From the IMG/VR virus record IMGVR_UViG_3300048838_000123, positions 1-55,043 of that record: a stretch of 55,043 nucleotides of DNA. One strand, written 5' to 3'. The notes beneath the pieces were generated by a model. That model was not told the origin of the DNA and searched no databases. It was given only the letters and a program-made list of their open reading frames with translations. Origin of the DNA: a virus (lineage: Duplodnaviria > Caudoviricetes). Both the position numbers and the translations under genes were made by a program. Shown one piece after another: positions 1 through 9,396 of the stretch. Each line of letters begins with the position of its first letter. Within the stretch, counting starts at the first letter, position 1.

Positions 1-127
1 AGATGTATTGTACGTATACGACTAGATCGTTTGCATCTAGCTGTGCATCTGGATCGGCTTCAAGCATCGACGCACGGAACGCAGCCACTTCGGCCTTCTC
101 GTCGTCCGTTAGCCGATGCTTGACACC
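1..127. repeat. Terminal direct repeat copy 1 (circular assembly overlap)
   Basis: Identical to 54917-55043. 127 nt is a common assembler k-mer length, and an ORF reads through the junction. Confidence 0.97.
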
Positions 128-379
128 GAGTGTAACGTACAAGCGGCGAATGCGTGCTTCGAGATCCATCTGCCACGCTTCGATCGCACGCAGGTACTCA
201 ACGTCTTCTTCGTCAGCGACCTTTGCCGTGCCGCCGTTTGGTCTTGCGATCTCTGTCAGCGGCGGCTGCGGCCGTGGATAACGTCGGCGCAAGTCACTAA
301 CGACGATAGGACTAACGGGCTCGATAGCGACTGTGCGCCCCGAGCCCTCGAACGTGAATTGAACTAGTTTGGTTGTCAT
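1..379 (-). CDS. Tail assembly chaperone (gpG-like), N-terminal part; continues across the origin to stop at 54756
   Basis: ATG at 379 with GGAG SD. Open frame MTTKLVQFTFEGSGRTVAIEPV...YVQYI joins ORF 54756..55004. Lies between tail tube and TMP. Confidence 0.8.
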   Translation of the reverse strand, partial: MTTKLVQFTFEGSGRTVAIEPVSPIVVSDLRRRYPRPQPPLTEIARPNGGTAKVADEEDVEYLRAIEAWQMDLEARIRRLYVTLGVKHRLTDDEKAEVAAFRASMLEADPDAQLDANDLVVYVQYI

Positions 380-397
380 GGCCCCACTCCATTGAGA

Positions 398-1966
398 CTA
401 GAATACATTCGGCGCACCGAGCATCAGCGTACCGTCAGTCGTGGCCCCGAGGCCTGCGAAGATGGCATAGTTCACTGCGATGTTCGGTTCGACGACACGT
501 GGATACGCGATGCGATTGAACTTCTGCAATCCAGACGTCGGCAGTCCCGACAAACGCGGGTTGACCGTTCCAACGCCAGGCACAAACGTTACGCCGCCGT
601 TGATCGTGTACGCAACGCGAGCAAGTGGTCCGCTCGCCTGGTACGTGATGATGCCAGCTGCGTTTGTCGGGAAGCGAATGTCTTGGATCGCTGTTGGCAC
701 CGAGCCATCAATCGCGCGTGTGGTCCAAGCCGATTCGCCTGCGTTCAACGTGTAGTACACAACGCCCGACGCGTTACCGACCCACCAGCGATACTTGTCC
801 AACACTTCGACCGCAGTCAGTGCAGCGGCGCCTGGCGAAGTGGTCGTGGCCGCGAACGTCTGGCCCATGTTCCAACTCCGCACGACAGTTGCACTCGCGC
901 CCACAGCTACGATTGTGTCGTGTGCCGCGCTGCCAGAGATGCGTGCAAGGTCACTCGCTGTCACAACACCCAACGATTCAGCGCCTGCGACCACATCGCG
1001 AATGCGAAGGATCTCGCCGCTGTCGGTGCAGATGAACGCGAGACGATCATTTGCGACCCACATGTCACGCGGCTCGCGGTTGTTCGTGAAACCGGCCGTG
1101 ACTTTGGTCCACGAACCTGGCGCGCCAGTCAACGGGTTGATCAGCGCGTAATAGTAGCCACCATTCGTAGCTGTGTTTGCAGTCGGTGAAAGCACAACCA
1201 GATACGAACCCATGACTGCAATCTTGCACGGCGTTTCGGCGTTCGCGGCGGCCGTAATCGATGACGTCGACCAAGTCAGCCCACCGTCGGCGCTATAGTG
1301 CACGATAGGAGCTGCGCCTGCAGCGCCTTTCTCGACCGCGTAGATGTAGCGCGTGCCGTCGCTTGCAGGGCCACAGTCGCCGCAGTTGACGTAGTTGCCG
1401 TAGCATACGTCCAACACTTCGAGCGTAATGCCTGAAGCGTTCTTCTCTGCGAACTGGATGCCGCCGATGTTGTAGATGCTGGGCACGATGACTGTGCGTT
1501 CGGACATCACTGGGTCGTCGCTATCCATGACGAAGCGATCGCCTGGATTGTCTTCAGTGACCAAGCAGTGTTCGTAGACCTCGACGTAGTTGCCTTCCCA
1601 ACCGAAGTCGAAGTCCGCCAACGAGCGACAAGCGCCACGCGGGATGTACACGCTCATGCGGCAACCACGCGCAAGCAACGCACGCGGCAATGCGTTCAGC
1701 TTCTCGTAGAAACCAAACGTGGCCGATGCGAAGTCGGGCGGATCCATTGACTGGCCGATAGCCGCGTACTGCCCAAACTGAAACGGGTCGTGTGCGTTGA
1801 TGCGGTTGATGCCGCCACGCAGCGGATTCGACACGCCCGTGATTGAAAGGTACGATGTGTCGGCGCCGTAGAAGTACAACGGTGCCTGGGGCGTCGCCAA
1901 CCCGAATTGGATGTAGGGACGCCCGTGCTTTTGAGTGATCACTTCCTGACCGAGATTTGCTGGCAT
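398..1966 (-). CDS. Probable major tail tube protein with C-terminal Asp-box (BNR) beta-propeller
   Basis: Start refined to ATG 1966 (AAGGAG SD). Sits just upstream of the chaperone and TMP. Asp-box-like motifs YSADGGLTW, SWNMGQTF, TLNAGESAW, TINGGVTF. Confidence 0.6.
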   Translation of the reverse strand: MPANLGQEVITQKHGRPYIQFGLATPQAPLYFYGADTSYLSITGVSNPLRGGINRINAHDPFQFGQYAAIGQSMDPPDFASATFGFYEKLNALPRALLARGCRMSVYIPRGACRSLADFDFGWEGNYVEVYEHCLVTEDNPGDRFVMDSDDPVMSERTVIVPSIYNIGGIQFAEKNASGITLEVLDVCYGNYVNCGDCGPASDGTRYIYAVEKGAAGAAPIVHYSADGGLTWSTSSITAAANAETPCKIAVMGSYLVVLSPTANTATNGGYYYALINPLTGAPGSWTKVTAGFTNNREPRDMWVANDRLAFICTDSGEILRIRDVVAGAESLGVVTASDLARISGSAAHDTIVAVGASATVVRSWNMGQTFAATTTSPGAAALTAVEVLDKYRWWVGNASGVVYYTLNAGESAWTTRAIDGSVPTAIQDIRFPTNAAGIITYQASGPLARVAYTINGGVTFVPGVGTVNPRLSGLPTSGLQKFNRIAYPRVVEPNIAVNYAIFAGLGATTDGTLMLGAPNVF

Positions 1967-1977
1967 TTCTGTTCTCC

Positions 1978-3174
1978 TTAGCCTGATATGCTGACGCGGG
2001 ATGTCTTGTACTGCTGCGCCATCTTCCACGCGTAGATGTGCCCACGGCGCGTACCAAATGGGTTGTCGAGATCTTGTTGACTTACTGCGACTGCGTTATC
2101 ACCTCCTACTAACGCGAGGTCCTGTTGCCATGAACTGAACTCCCGATACGCTTGCTGACAGGCACAGATCGGTCGCGCCAGTTCGGCAGCGGCCATTCTG
2201 CAGATCGCCAATGTCAACGCTCGCGAGTCATAGCCTGACTTGTAGTGCACCCGCACTCGCGACGGTGCCCAATCATAAGGCCACTCGACCGCAATGTACG
2301 ACGATGCGGGTGTGCTGTATTCTGCTGCTTCGCCTGCGATGTAACCCAAGTCAGGATCGCGAATGACAAAGCGCGCTGCTGATGTACCGATGGCCGATGG
2401 GTCAGCGCCAACGCTTGCACACTCCCCATCCGGGCCACTCTCCCATATGAACTCGCCTTGCTGCGTCGTGTCGTACGCTGCTCGATACAAGGCGATGGAT
2501 GTTACTAAGTTACTCGTGTCGGCAGGATCGAGTGCCTGCAATCGCACAGCCTGTTGTTTGGCAGGCTTGACTAACAAGTACGATGGCCCAGTGATCGTCG
2601 CATTGCCGCTCGCGACTGTAATGCTCACGGGCTGCAGACGCCAACGCTCGTGCGATGCATCTTTGTCAGCGCCTATACGATCAGCGACTGCGATGTAAGC
2701 GCCCAACAGCGTCGCGTCGGTCTCTATTGTCGCAATCGTGGCTGTGAATGTTTCAGCTACGCCGTCGCCGTCTTCATCGCTGAACGCAACATTGCCTGTA
2801 CCGATCAACGCATGCGTCAACTTGCCAATCGTCAATGGCTGTGCATACGGCAATCGAAACGCGAGCCAACGCCCCCATGTGTCGACCGACAACCGATACT
2901 GATCGGTGACGTCGAAGAACTGTGGGAACGGAATGTCGACATACGTTGCACGCGGGTAAGGGTATGCACCGATCTCGTCTGCCAAACGCTGCTCAGCCAT
3001 CTCGATCGCGTCGCGTATCTCTGCACGGCCAACGGCGTCAGTCGCTTGCCAGCTGTGCTCGCTGACCAAAGTGTCGCAGCCAATAGACAACGGCACCTTG
3101 TCGTTAGTCAGCTGATAGAAGTGCCACGGGTGGAAGCCGAACACGCTGCGGAACGTATCGAGTGGTAGTGACAT
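1978..3174 (-). CDS. Head-to-tail adaptor/connector-like virion protein
   Basis: C-terminal RVRVHYKSGY...AICRMAAAEL resembles gp6/gp15-type adaptors; position in late operon. Confidence 0.55.
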   Translation of the reverse strand: MSLPLDTFRSVFGFHPWHFYQLTNDKVPLSIGCDTLVSEHSWQATDAVGRAEIRDAIEMAEQRLADEIGAYPYPRATYVDIPFPQFFDVTDQYRLSVDTWGRWLAFRLPYAQPLTIGKLTHALIGTGNVAFSDEDGDGVAETFTATIATIETDATLLGAYIAVADRIGADKDASHERWRLQPVSITVASGNATITGPSYLLVKPAKQQAVRLQALDPADTSNLVTSIALYRAAYDTTQQGEFIWESGPDGECASVGADPSAIGTSAARFVIRDPDLGYIAGEAAEYSTPASSYIAVEWPYDWAPSRVRVHYKSGYDSRALTLAICRMAAAELARPICACQQAYREFSSWQQDLALVGGDNAVAVSQQDLDNPFGTRRGHIYAWKMAQQYKTSRVSISG

Positions 3175-4850
3175 TATCGTGATCCCCTGCTGCGCGTGTT
3201 GTTCGACGAACCACGCGAACCTGTGTTCCTAAACGAGCGGCGTGCCCGCACGCTGTGCCCGCCGCTACTTGGCGTTGGATAGTTTTCAGGTGCCGCGCTT
3301 GACGTTGGGAACAGCGATCCAATGAATGCAAGCACACCGCCTAGTGTACGTGTGGTCAGTTTAGTAACGCTGCCCATCGTGTCTAGCACACCCGCAAGTA
3401 CGACGCGCACAACTCGCGTCGCGGTGACTCCGCCACTACTATCCAACGTCCCTTCGAGCTGGCGGCTCGTCCGCTTGAGTAGGTCACCCGTACTGTTTAA
3501 CGTCGCAAGCAGTGACTTGTTCACGCGCAATGTAACAACGCCTGTCGAGACAAGACTGCCTTGCAACAGCGCCAAGAACGTCTTGATGGTACCTAGCGTA
3601 CCTCCCATCGTTAGCACACCCGCCACTGACGTCGCGACCTGTTTGTAAAGAACGCCCACAGGGGCAAACGCACCTGCGACGCGTGTGGCAGTCCGGCGTG
3701 CTACGGCCCCTGACATCGTAAGCGTTCCACTGATGGCCTGCAACACTGTTCGGATTGCGGCTAACGCGCCCGATGACGTTAGTGCGCCCGCCACTGACTT
3801 CGACGTGCGTTTGACTGCCGCACCACTGCTTGTGAGTGTGCCCGCCACTGACTTGCTTGTACGCTTCGCAAGTGCGCCTGCACTAGTCAACGTTCCTGCG
3901 ATCGCCTGCAGTACAACTCGCGTACTGGTTAGTACACCTGAACTTGTCAGTGAGCCTGCGACCGCCTTACCAACTCGGCGCGTCAGTGCCCCCGCAGACG
4001 TCAGTGCACCTGCGACTGCCTTACCTGCCCTGCGTGTCAACGCACCTGCGCTTGTCAATGAACCTGCAACCGGTTTGTTGGTGCGCTTCACAACGCTGCC
4101 TGCAGACGTTAGCGCTCCCGCCGTGGCCTTGTTTGTCCGCTTGGTGATCGCACCGCTGCTTGTCAGTGAACCTGAAACCGATTGCGGATACTCAGTTGGG
4201 CCGCCGGCGTCTGGCGTAAGCGCCACTTGCGCGCCCCAGTTAACACGCCAGTTGACAGAGAACGCGGCGTTCTGCACGCCTGTCGCGCCTGCACTTGAAT
4301 ACACCTTATCAGCCGCGTACACATTACGCCAAGCCATTTCGTGCTCGACGCGTTCGGTGTAGCCACTTGGGGGCGATACGATACCAGCAAAGGCATAGTC
4401 GCTGAAGCCGTAGCCGATGAACACGACCATCGCGTCGGCGACCGTCGTCGTGACTGAAGGGGCCTCTATTGATCCGATCGCCGAGCCGTTGTATTGAAAG
4501 GCGTGAACATCAATCGGCGACGACGTATCGACGCCCGAGTAACACAGCATCTCCGAGGCTGAGTACTCATCTGTGTTGCTCATCGTCCACGTGTAAGACG
4601 ATGGTTCACTCCCGCCGGCGACCTTATACCAAACGTGCAACCTGTGGCCGGCGTTCGTTTCTGGCGTTACCTCTGACTTGTAATCAATCTCAGTCCAGCC
4701 ACTTGGCGGCGTTGGGCCGGCGTCCTGCCCGTAGTACGTCATGGCGCATAACAGAAGGTCGTCTTCGGCCGTGCCTGACGGTTTCGTGATGACGTGAGAC
4801 GACCCCGAACTATGCGAGACGGATGTGGCCGACCTGAAAGAGATTGCCAT
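3174..4850 (-). CDS. Virion fibre/decoration-like protein: N-terminal beta-sandwich plus 16 tandem 18/20-aa repeats
   Basis: Repeats of type VAGxLTSxGAL-xxRxxK; translationally coupled to the adaptor gene. Confidence 0.6.
   Translation of the reverse strand: MAISFRSATSVSHSSGSSHVITKPSGTAEDDLLLCAMTYYGQDAGPTPPSGWTEIDYKSEVTPETNAGHRLHVWYKVAGGSEPSSYTWTMSNTDEYSASEMLCYSGVDTSSPIDVHAFQYNGSAIGSIEAPSVTTTVADAMVVFIGYGFSDYAFAGIVSPPSGYTERVEHEMAWRNVYAADKVYSSAGATGVQNAAFSVNWRVNWGAQVALTPDAGGPTEYPQSVSGSLTSSGAITKRTNKATAGALTSAGSVVKRTNKPVAGSLTSAGALTRRAGKAVAGALTSAGALTRRVGKAVAGSLTSSGVLTSTRVVLQAIAGTLTSAGALAKRTSKSVAGTLTSSGAAVKRTSKSVAGALTSSGALAAIRTVLQAISGTLTMSGAVARRTATRVAGAFAPVGVLYKQVATSVAGVLTMGGTLGTIKTFLALLQGSLVSTGVVTLRVNKSLLATLNSTGDLLKRTSRQLEGTLDSSGGVTATRVVRVVLAGVLDTMGSVTKLTTRTLGGVLAFIGSLFPTSSAAPENYPTPSSGGHSVRARRSFRNTGSRGSSNNTRSRGSR
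3312..4181 (-). repeat. Coding tandem repeat, 54/60-nt units
   Basis: Unit lengths in aa: 18,18,18,18,20,18,18,20,18,18,20,18,18,20,18,partial. Confidence 0.85.
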
Positions 4851-4855
4851 TGCGT

Positions 4856-5491
4856 TTAGCCGCCTGCCGTTAGTGTCAGCACATACGTGAACTGAATGCT
4901 GTCACCGCTGGCCACGTTGATGGCGCTGAACACGCTGCGGTCCCAAAGCGTGCCGCCACCAGTCGCCGCTTGGTTAAAGATGCCGTGTTCGGTGATCGCT
5001 GCGCTCGCGTCGAACGTCACCGTGCCGACAGTCTGGAACTGGTTCGCTGCGGGTGTGCTTCGCGTACCAGTCGCGCGCGTGCTGTCGGGGTTCAATGCTG
5101 TCGTGCTCTCGGTAACCAGAGCTGTGTCACCAACTGCCTCAGCTGTCGTGCCAGTACCGCAGCCGTGGAAGTTCATGTTGCTGATGTCTTGTGCGCCGTT
5201 GTTGAAGTCGTCGCGCAAGAACGTTACGCCCGCAGTCGTGATCACGCGTCGCGAAAGCACACCGTAGTCAACCCATGTACCATCTGCCTTGCGCATGCGA
5301 CCGCGCAGTTCACTTGTCAGCGTCACGGCGCCAGTCAGCTTACTGAAGCCACGCGCCAACACGTTGACGAACGCGCCCCAGATGTAGCCCCATCGAAGCA
5401 CGTTGCGCAAGCGCCAGCTAAGCGGGGCACGCGCAGCCTTGATGTGGCGAGCTGTTAGCGCTCCCGATGGTCGAATGTCCGAAGTGATCAT
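4856..5491 (-). CDS. Virion structural protein (collar/fibre-base type)
   Basis: GTGTTA...DTAL...ITEHGIF...F..INV.SGDSI..TY pattern common in phage structural proteins; AGGAG SD. Confidence 0.6.
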   Translation of the reverse strand: MITSDIRPSGALTARHIKAARAPLSWRLRNVLRWGYIWGAFVNVLARGFSKLTGAVTLTSELRGRMRKADGTWVDYGVLSRRVITTAGVTFLRDDFNNGAQDISNMNFHGCGTGTTAEAVGDTALVTESTTALNPDSTRATGTRSTPAANQFQTVGTVTFDASAAITEHGIFNQAATGGGTLWDRSVFSAINVASGDSIQFTYVLTLTAGG

Positions 5492-5503
5492 GTGTTGTAT
5501 CTC

Positions 5504-6478
5504 CTAGTTTGGAACGACGACGCCTTCTTTTGCGTAGTCACGATTGACGGCTAAGAACTGTAGCCGGCACTGCCCGAACTCGATTTTGCAATCCTTGCGT
5601 ATCGATGCCTGTACGTCAGCGGGGAAGCGGTCGGCGTAGAAGATCCAGCCCATCGTTCTATACGTGCCAACGCCGCTCGACTTGTTTGCGTCGAAGTGCT
5701 GATTGCGTCCGCAGATCACCCACTCGGTATCGATGATGCCACCTTGCGCACCGCCATACCACGTCTCGCAGCCGCCATCGCCTTGTGACAAAATGATCGG
5801 CCGTTCGCCTGTGTCACTCGTTCGAAGCGGTGGCTGTGCGGTACATGGGCTCGCGTAGCAAAGTAGCCCATCCCAGTAAAAGATGTTGCCATCGGTAAGC
5901 TTTAGCCACACTTGGTAGTCGTGGTCACCGTGGCTGCGCGCCATTGCCGTCGAGAGGATGTGCGCGATCCAATAGGACTCTGCACCCGAGCTGTGCTTGA
6001 CATATACGCCTTTGTAGCCTGTGTGGCTCTCGCGTGACTGGCTGAACGGCATCGGCTTGTTGTTCGCCTGCGCGTACTGCGTTACCCATTGAGGCGGTGC
6101 GTCGCCATGCTCGTGGCCTGTAAAGCAGCTGCCCCATTTGTTCGGATGCCACACGTTCATTGGCTCACCGCATATGCCCACAGCTCCTGGCTCTGTCGTC
6201 GGATGGACATGCGGTGTAGCTGTTGGCGCGACTGCAGTTGCCGTAGGTGGCGGTGTCGATGTTGCTGTTGCTGTTGCTGTTGGCGTCGGGGGCTGTGCTC
6301 CGACACTCACGCCGTAGTTCGCGGCGATGACGCTTGTCAGTTCGTCCACGTCATGGATGTCAAGAATGCCATCGCCATTGATGTCGTACTTGGCGAGTGA
6401 TGTAGTCTGTGCTACTGCAGTGCCTGCCGTCAACAGCAAGACGGCAATGACCAACGCTACGAGTTTGTTGTGCTTCAT
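5504..6478 (-). CDS. Secreted protein: signal peptide, dockerin-like EF-hand, Pro/Thr linker, His/Cys-rich domain
   Basis: MKHNK + hydrophobic stretch + AVA; DINGDGILDIHDV; PPTPTATATATSTPPP; GHEHGD. Confidence 0.7.
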   Translation of the reverse strand: MKHNKLVALVIAVLLLTAGTAVAQTTSLAKYDINGDGILDIHDVDELTSVIAANYGVSVGAQPPTPTATATATSTPPPTATAVAPTATPHVHPTTEPGAVGICGEPMNVWHPNKWGSCFTGHEHGDAPPQWVTQYAQANNKPMPFSQSRESHTGYKGVYVKHSSGAESYWIAHILSTAMARSHGDHDYQVWLKLTDGNIFYWDGLLCYASPCTAQPPLRTSDTGERPIILSQGDGGCETWYGGAQGGIIDTEWVICGRNQHFDANKSSGVGTYRTMGWIFYADRFPADVQASIRKDCKIEFGQCRLQFLAVNRDYAKEGVVVPN

Positions 6479-6493
6479 GTAATGTCCTTTGGT

Positions 6494-6784
6494 CTACATT
6501 CGCCGCATGAGTAGAATGCTTACGGCGCTAATGCCTAGACCTGCAACTATGCCAGTTGCGTTGAGTCCCCACCAAGCGACGCCTGCCCCAAGCCCTAGCC
6601 AAAACGAGATACAAGATACGCACTGCAGTCCGCGACGCCACCAAGTGTTGCGTTCGGGGATCCGCCAGTGCATGCGCGCGCGATCGAAGATGCTCGCAGG
6701 CCCTTCGTCACTGATGATCAAGACGCAAAGCCTGAACACCGCCAACGATAGAAGCGCGAAGACGATCGCGTCGCCGATAGTCAT
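6494..6784 (-). CDS. DUF1360-like membrane protein
   Basis: LAVFRL..LI..D.GP..IF..R and CxxC..FW motifs with TM segments. Confidence 0.7.
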   Translation of the reverse strand: MTIGDAIVFALLSLAVFRLCVLIISDEGPASIFDRARMHWRIPERNTWWRRGLQCVSCISFWLGLGAGVAWWGLNATGIVAGLGISAVSILLMRRM

Positions 6785-7083
6785 TTTGCTTCCGTCACTT
6801 TTACCGAGCTCGGCTTGATCGTAGCAGGCACAGGTGCGTCTGGCGCTGAGGTCGTTACGACTTCTTCCCAGCCCAGAGCAGCCAGTCGCTGCCAGTCACC
6901 ATTTGGTACCCAAATCGGGTCGACAGTCTTGCCGCCTTCGTATGTACCGAAGAAGCGAATGCCGCCGTCGACCTTGGTGTACTTCATGAGCTTCGCGCCC
7001 GGTATCTGCAACGCTTTGGCAACTGGATCGCCAGCGTCTGCTGCGGCCTGCACAGCCGCTGATTGTTGTCCACAGCATCCCAT
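6781..7083 (-). CDS. Putative nested in-frame 100-aa protein (MGCCG...)
   Basis: Internal ATG at 7083 preceded by ACAGGAGAAAAGAACCT; the SD is built from rare AGG-AGA codons. Confidence 0.5.
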   Translation of the reverse strand: MGCCGQQSAAVQAAADAGDPVAKALQIPGAKLMKYTKVDGGIRFFGTYEGGKTVDPIWVPNGDWQRLAALGWEEVVTTSAPDAPVPATIKPSSVKVTEAK

Positions 7084-8724
7084 AGGTTCTTTTCTCCTGT
7101 CGATGTATTCGCCGAACTCACGTGTAAGGTAGTCAGCGATGTCTCCGCGTCGCTTTTGCGCTTCGGCTCGACGCTGGCCTGAGTCCACGCGGTAGCACAG
7201 CAGCGGATCGTCGACCCACTTACCATGTACACCGCGCGCTGCGCACTTGGCGAAGAACGCCCAATCTTCAAACAAGTCGATGCGCGGGTCGAAGCCATCG
7301 AGTTCGACAAACGTCTGCCGCGCCATCAACACAGTCACTGCGTGCAGTCCATCTGTTTCAGTCGTCAGCCACACATGCGGATCGTACGGCCGTGGTCTGT
7401 CAGTGTGCTGCTTTGCTTTGTTGTCAGCCACAACCCACCAACCGCTGTAGATGTAACCTGCATCGCCTTTCGCATAGCGCGCTACCATCTTCTCGAGCGC
7501 GTCTGGTGTTAAGTAATCGTCGGCGTCCAAGAACAGTACAAACACACCGCGCGAGACTGCGACGCCTGTGTTGCGTGCATCGCCTGCTGGTGTGCCTGCC
7601 TTAACTGTCACCTCGGTCACAAACGGATACGGTAGTAACGGCAACTCCTGCCCCGACGCGTTAACGACGACTGCTTCCCAGTTCCAAAGCGACTGCGCCA
7701 GTAGCGAGTGCAACGCTGTCGGCAACAGGTTAACATGCTTCGCGCCGACTGGAATGATCACACTGACCAATGGCTTTGTGTAGTCGCGAAGCTCAGGCAC
7801 ACCGCCTGTCGGTGCCACCAGCGGCTTAAAGCCTCTGTGTATGTTCGACCACAGGCCGATGTCAGGTATGGGCCGACTTGACATACTCGGGCCGTGACGT
7901 CGATAGACAAAGATGGGATCAGGAGTGGCCTTGACGGCATCTGCCCCAACGCCGATGATCCTTCCCCAGAAGTCAACGTCTTCGGCTGCGATTCGGTTTG
8001 CGTCGTATCCACCTGCTCGCTCCCACCGCGACTTGCGAAACATACTCGCCACTGGAATGCACGTTCGCGGCGGGTTTGTTTGCTGCATCATCCAGTCCCA
8101 GTTGAACACCGGCGGGAAGTCATGATGCACTGTGCGCGTGTTGTCGAAGTTCTCGTCGAGTGTTTGCACACCTCCATACGCGACGCCCACGCTGCGGTTG
8201 TCGAACGCGGGCAACAGTCTTTCGATGTATCGCGGTTCGACCATGTCATCGCTGTCGAGGCACACGATCAACTCGTTCTCTGCGACTGCGATGCCAGTGT
8301 TTCGTGGCCCGCCAACGTTGCCTGTATTGCGTTCGTGCCGCAGCACTAGCGTCTTGATTGGAGCTGTGCTTGCCCACGCTTGCGCGATGTCGTAACTATC
8401 GTCAGTCGAAGCATCATCGACAACGATGATCTCGTCCGGCGGCACTGACTGTGCGGCCAGTGAGTCCAACGCTTCGACGATGTACTTGCCGTAGTTGTAG
8501 TTAGGCACGATTGCCGACACGCCAGTCGGGCGAAGCTTCGTTGCACGATGCCACGCTTCGAACTCTGCCTTGTCGCCAAACACAGGCACACGCATGTCGC
8601 GCAACACCGCTTCGCGCACCACTGCGTCTGTAGTGATCACAGCGTCAGCGCCTCGCAAGACCTTGGCGTCAGCGGCGGTTAAGTCGCTGCGACGTATCTC
8701 GGCTACAGCCCTTGCTGGTTCCAT
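6781..8724 (-). CDS. Tandem two-domain GT2 glycosyltransferase with extra C-terminal domain
   Basis: VSAIVPNYN...VVDDAS.D...LDSDD and VSVIIP...FLDADD...EDW; start refined to ATG 8724. Confidence 0.9.
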   Translation of the reverse strand: MEPARAVAEIRRSDLTAADAKVLRGADAVITTDAVVREAVLRDMRVPVFGDKAEFEAWHRATKLRPTGVSAIVPNYNYGKYIVEALDSLAAQSVPPDEIIVVDDASTDDSYDIAQAWASTAPIKTLVLRHERNTGNVGGPRNTGIAVAENELIVCLDSDDMVEPRYIERLLPAFDNRSVGVAYGGVQTLDENFDNTRTVHHDFPPVFNWDWMMQQTNPPRTCIPVASMFRKSRWERAGGYDANRIAAEDVDFWGRIIGVGADAVKATPDPIFVYRRHGPSMSSRPIPDIGLWSNIHRGFKPLVAPTGGVPELRDYTKPLVSVIIPVGAKHVNLLPTALHSLLAQSLWNWEAVVVNASGQELPLLPYPFVTEVTVKAGTPAGDARNTGVAVSRGVFVLFLDADDYLTPDALEKMVARYAKGDAGYIYSGWWVVADNKAKQHTDRPRPYDPHVWLTTETDGLHAVTVLMARQTFVELDGFDPRIDLFEDWAFFAKCAARGVHGKWVDDPLLCYRVDSGQRRAEAQKRRGDIADYLTREFGEYIDRRKEPMGCCGQQSAAVQAAADAGDPVAKALQIPGAKLMKYTKVDGGIRFFGTYEGGKTVDPIWVPNGDWQRLAALGWEEVVTTSAPDAPVPATIKPSSVKVTEAK

Positions 8725-9395
8725 GAAACCCCCACGTGTGCCCATGTCTCTGCAGTGTATGCATGCAACGGTACCAGAACGCTTATGCTGCGCCCCAAGC
8801 CCATGCACAGCTCTTTGCAGTGCCCACTATACAGCCATTCGGTCATGCCTGTTGGGTGTCCTTCAGGCAAGTACCCAAACACTTCGGTCCACTTGCGCGC
8901 ATGAATCAGATGTGGCCTGAAGCTCATCATGAACCGCTCTTCGCAGTCGGGATGCACACGCCAATAGCGATCTGAGTCTAGCGTCGCCGTGAACTTATAG
9001 TGGTCGAAGTGCTCGTCGCCGCGTGCATCCATCAGTAAGTGAATACGCACAGCACGATCGTCGTTCATTAGCTTCGCGACATGCTTGTCCAACTCGATCG
9101 GTGCCAACATGTGGTGGTCGTCATCGAGCCCCATTAGGACTTGACAACCTTCACTGATCGCGTACTTCCACAGCCTGTTAACGTTTGCGCCTAGCGAACC
9201 ACTCGGGTTACTCAGCACGTGCAAGTCAGGCCACAGCGCCGCTAGATGCTGTGCTGTGTCGTCATTGCCATCGCACCCTACGTAGTAAGATATCTCGCCG
9301 CTGTATCGGAGATATCCCTTCAGGCGTGCAATCGTATCGGCAACTATGTCACGCCTGTTGTACGTTGGGACAACTATGCCCACTCGTGGTTGCAT
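8703..9395 (-). CDS. GT2-family glycosyltransferase
   Basis: VGIVVPTYNR, CDGNDD, LGANVN, LDDD motif. Confidence 0.85.
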   Translation of the reverse strand: MQPRVGIVVPTYNRRDIVADTIARLKGYLRYSGEISYYVGCDGNDDTAQHLAALWPDLHVLSNPSGSLGANVNRLWKYAISEGCQVLMGLDDDHHMLAPIELDKHVAKLMNDDRAVRIHLLMDARGDEHFDHYKFTATLDSDRYWRVHPDCEERFMMSFRPHLIHARKWTEVFGYLPEGHPTGMTEWLYSGHCKELCMGLGRSISVLVPLHAYTAETWAHVGVSWNQQGL

Positions 9396-9396
9396 G

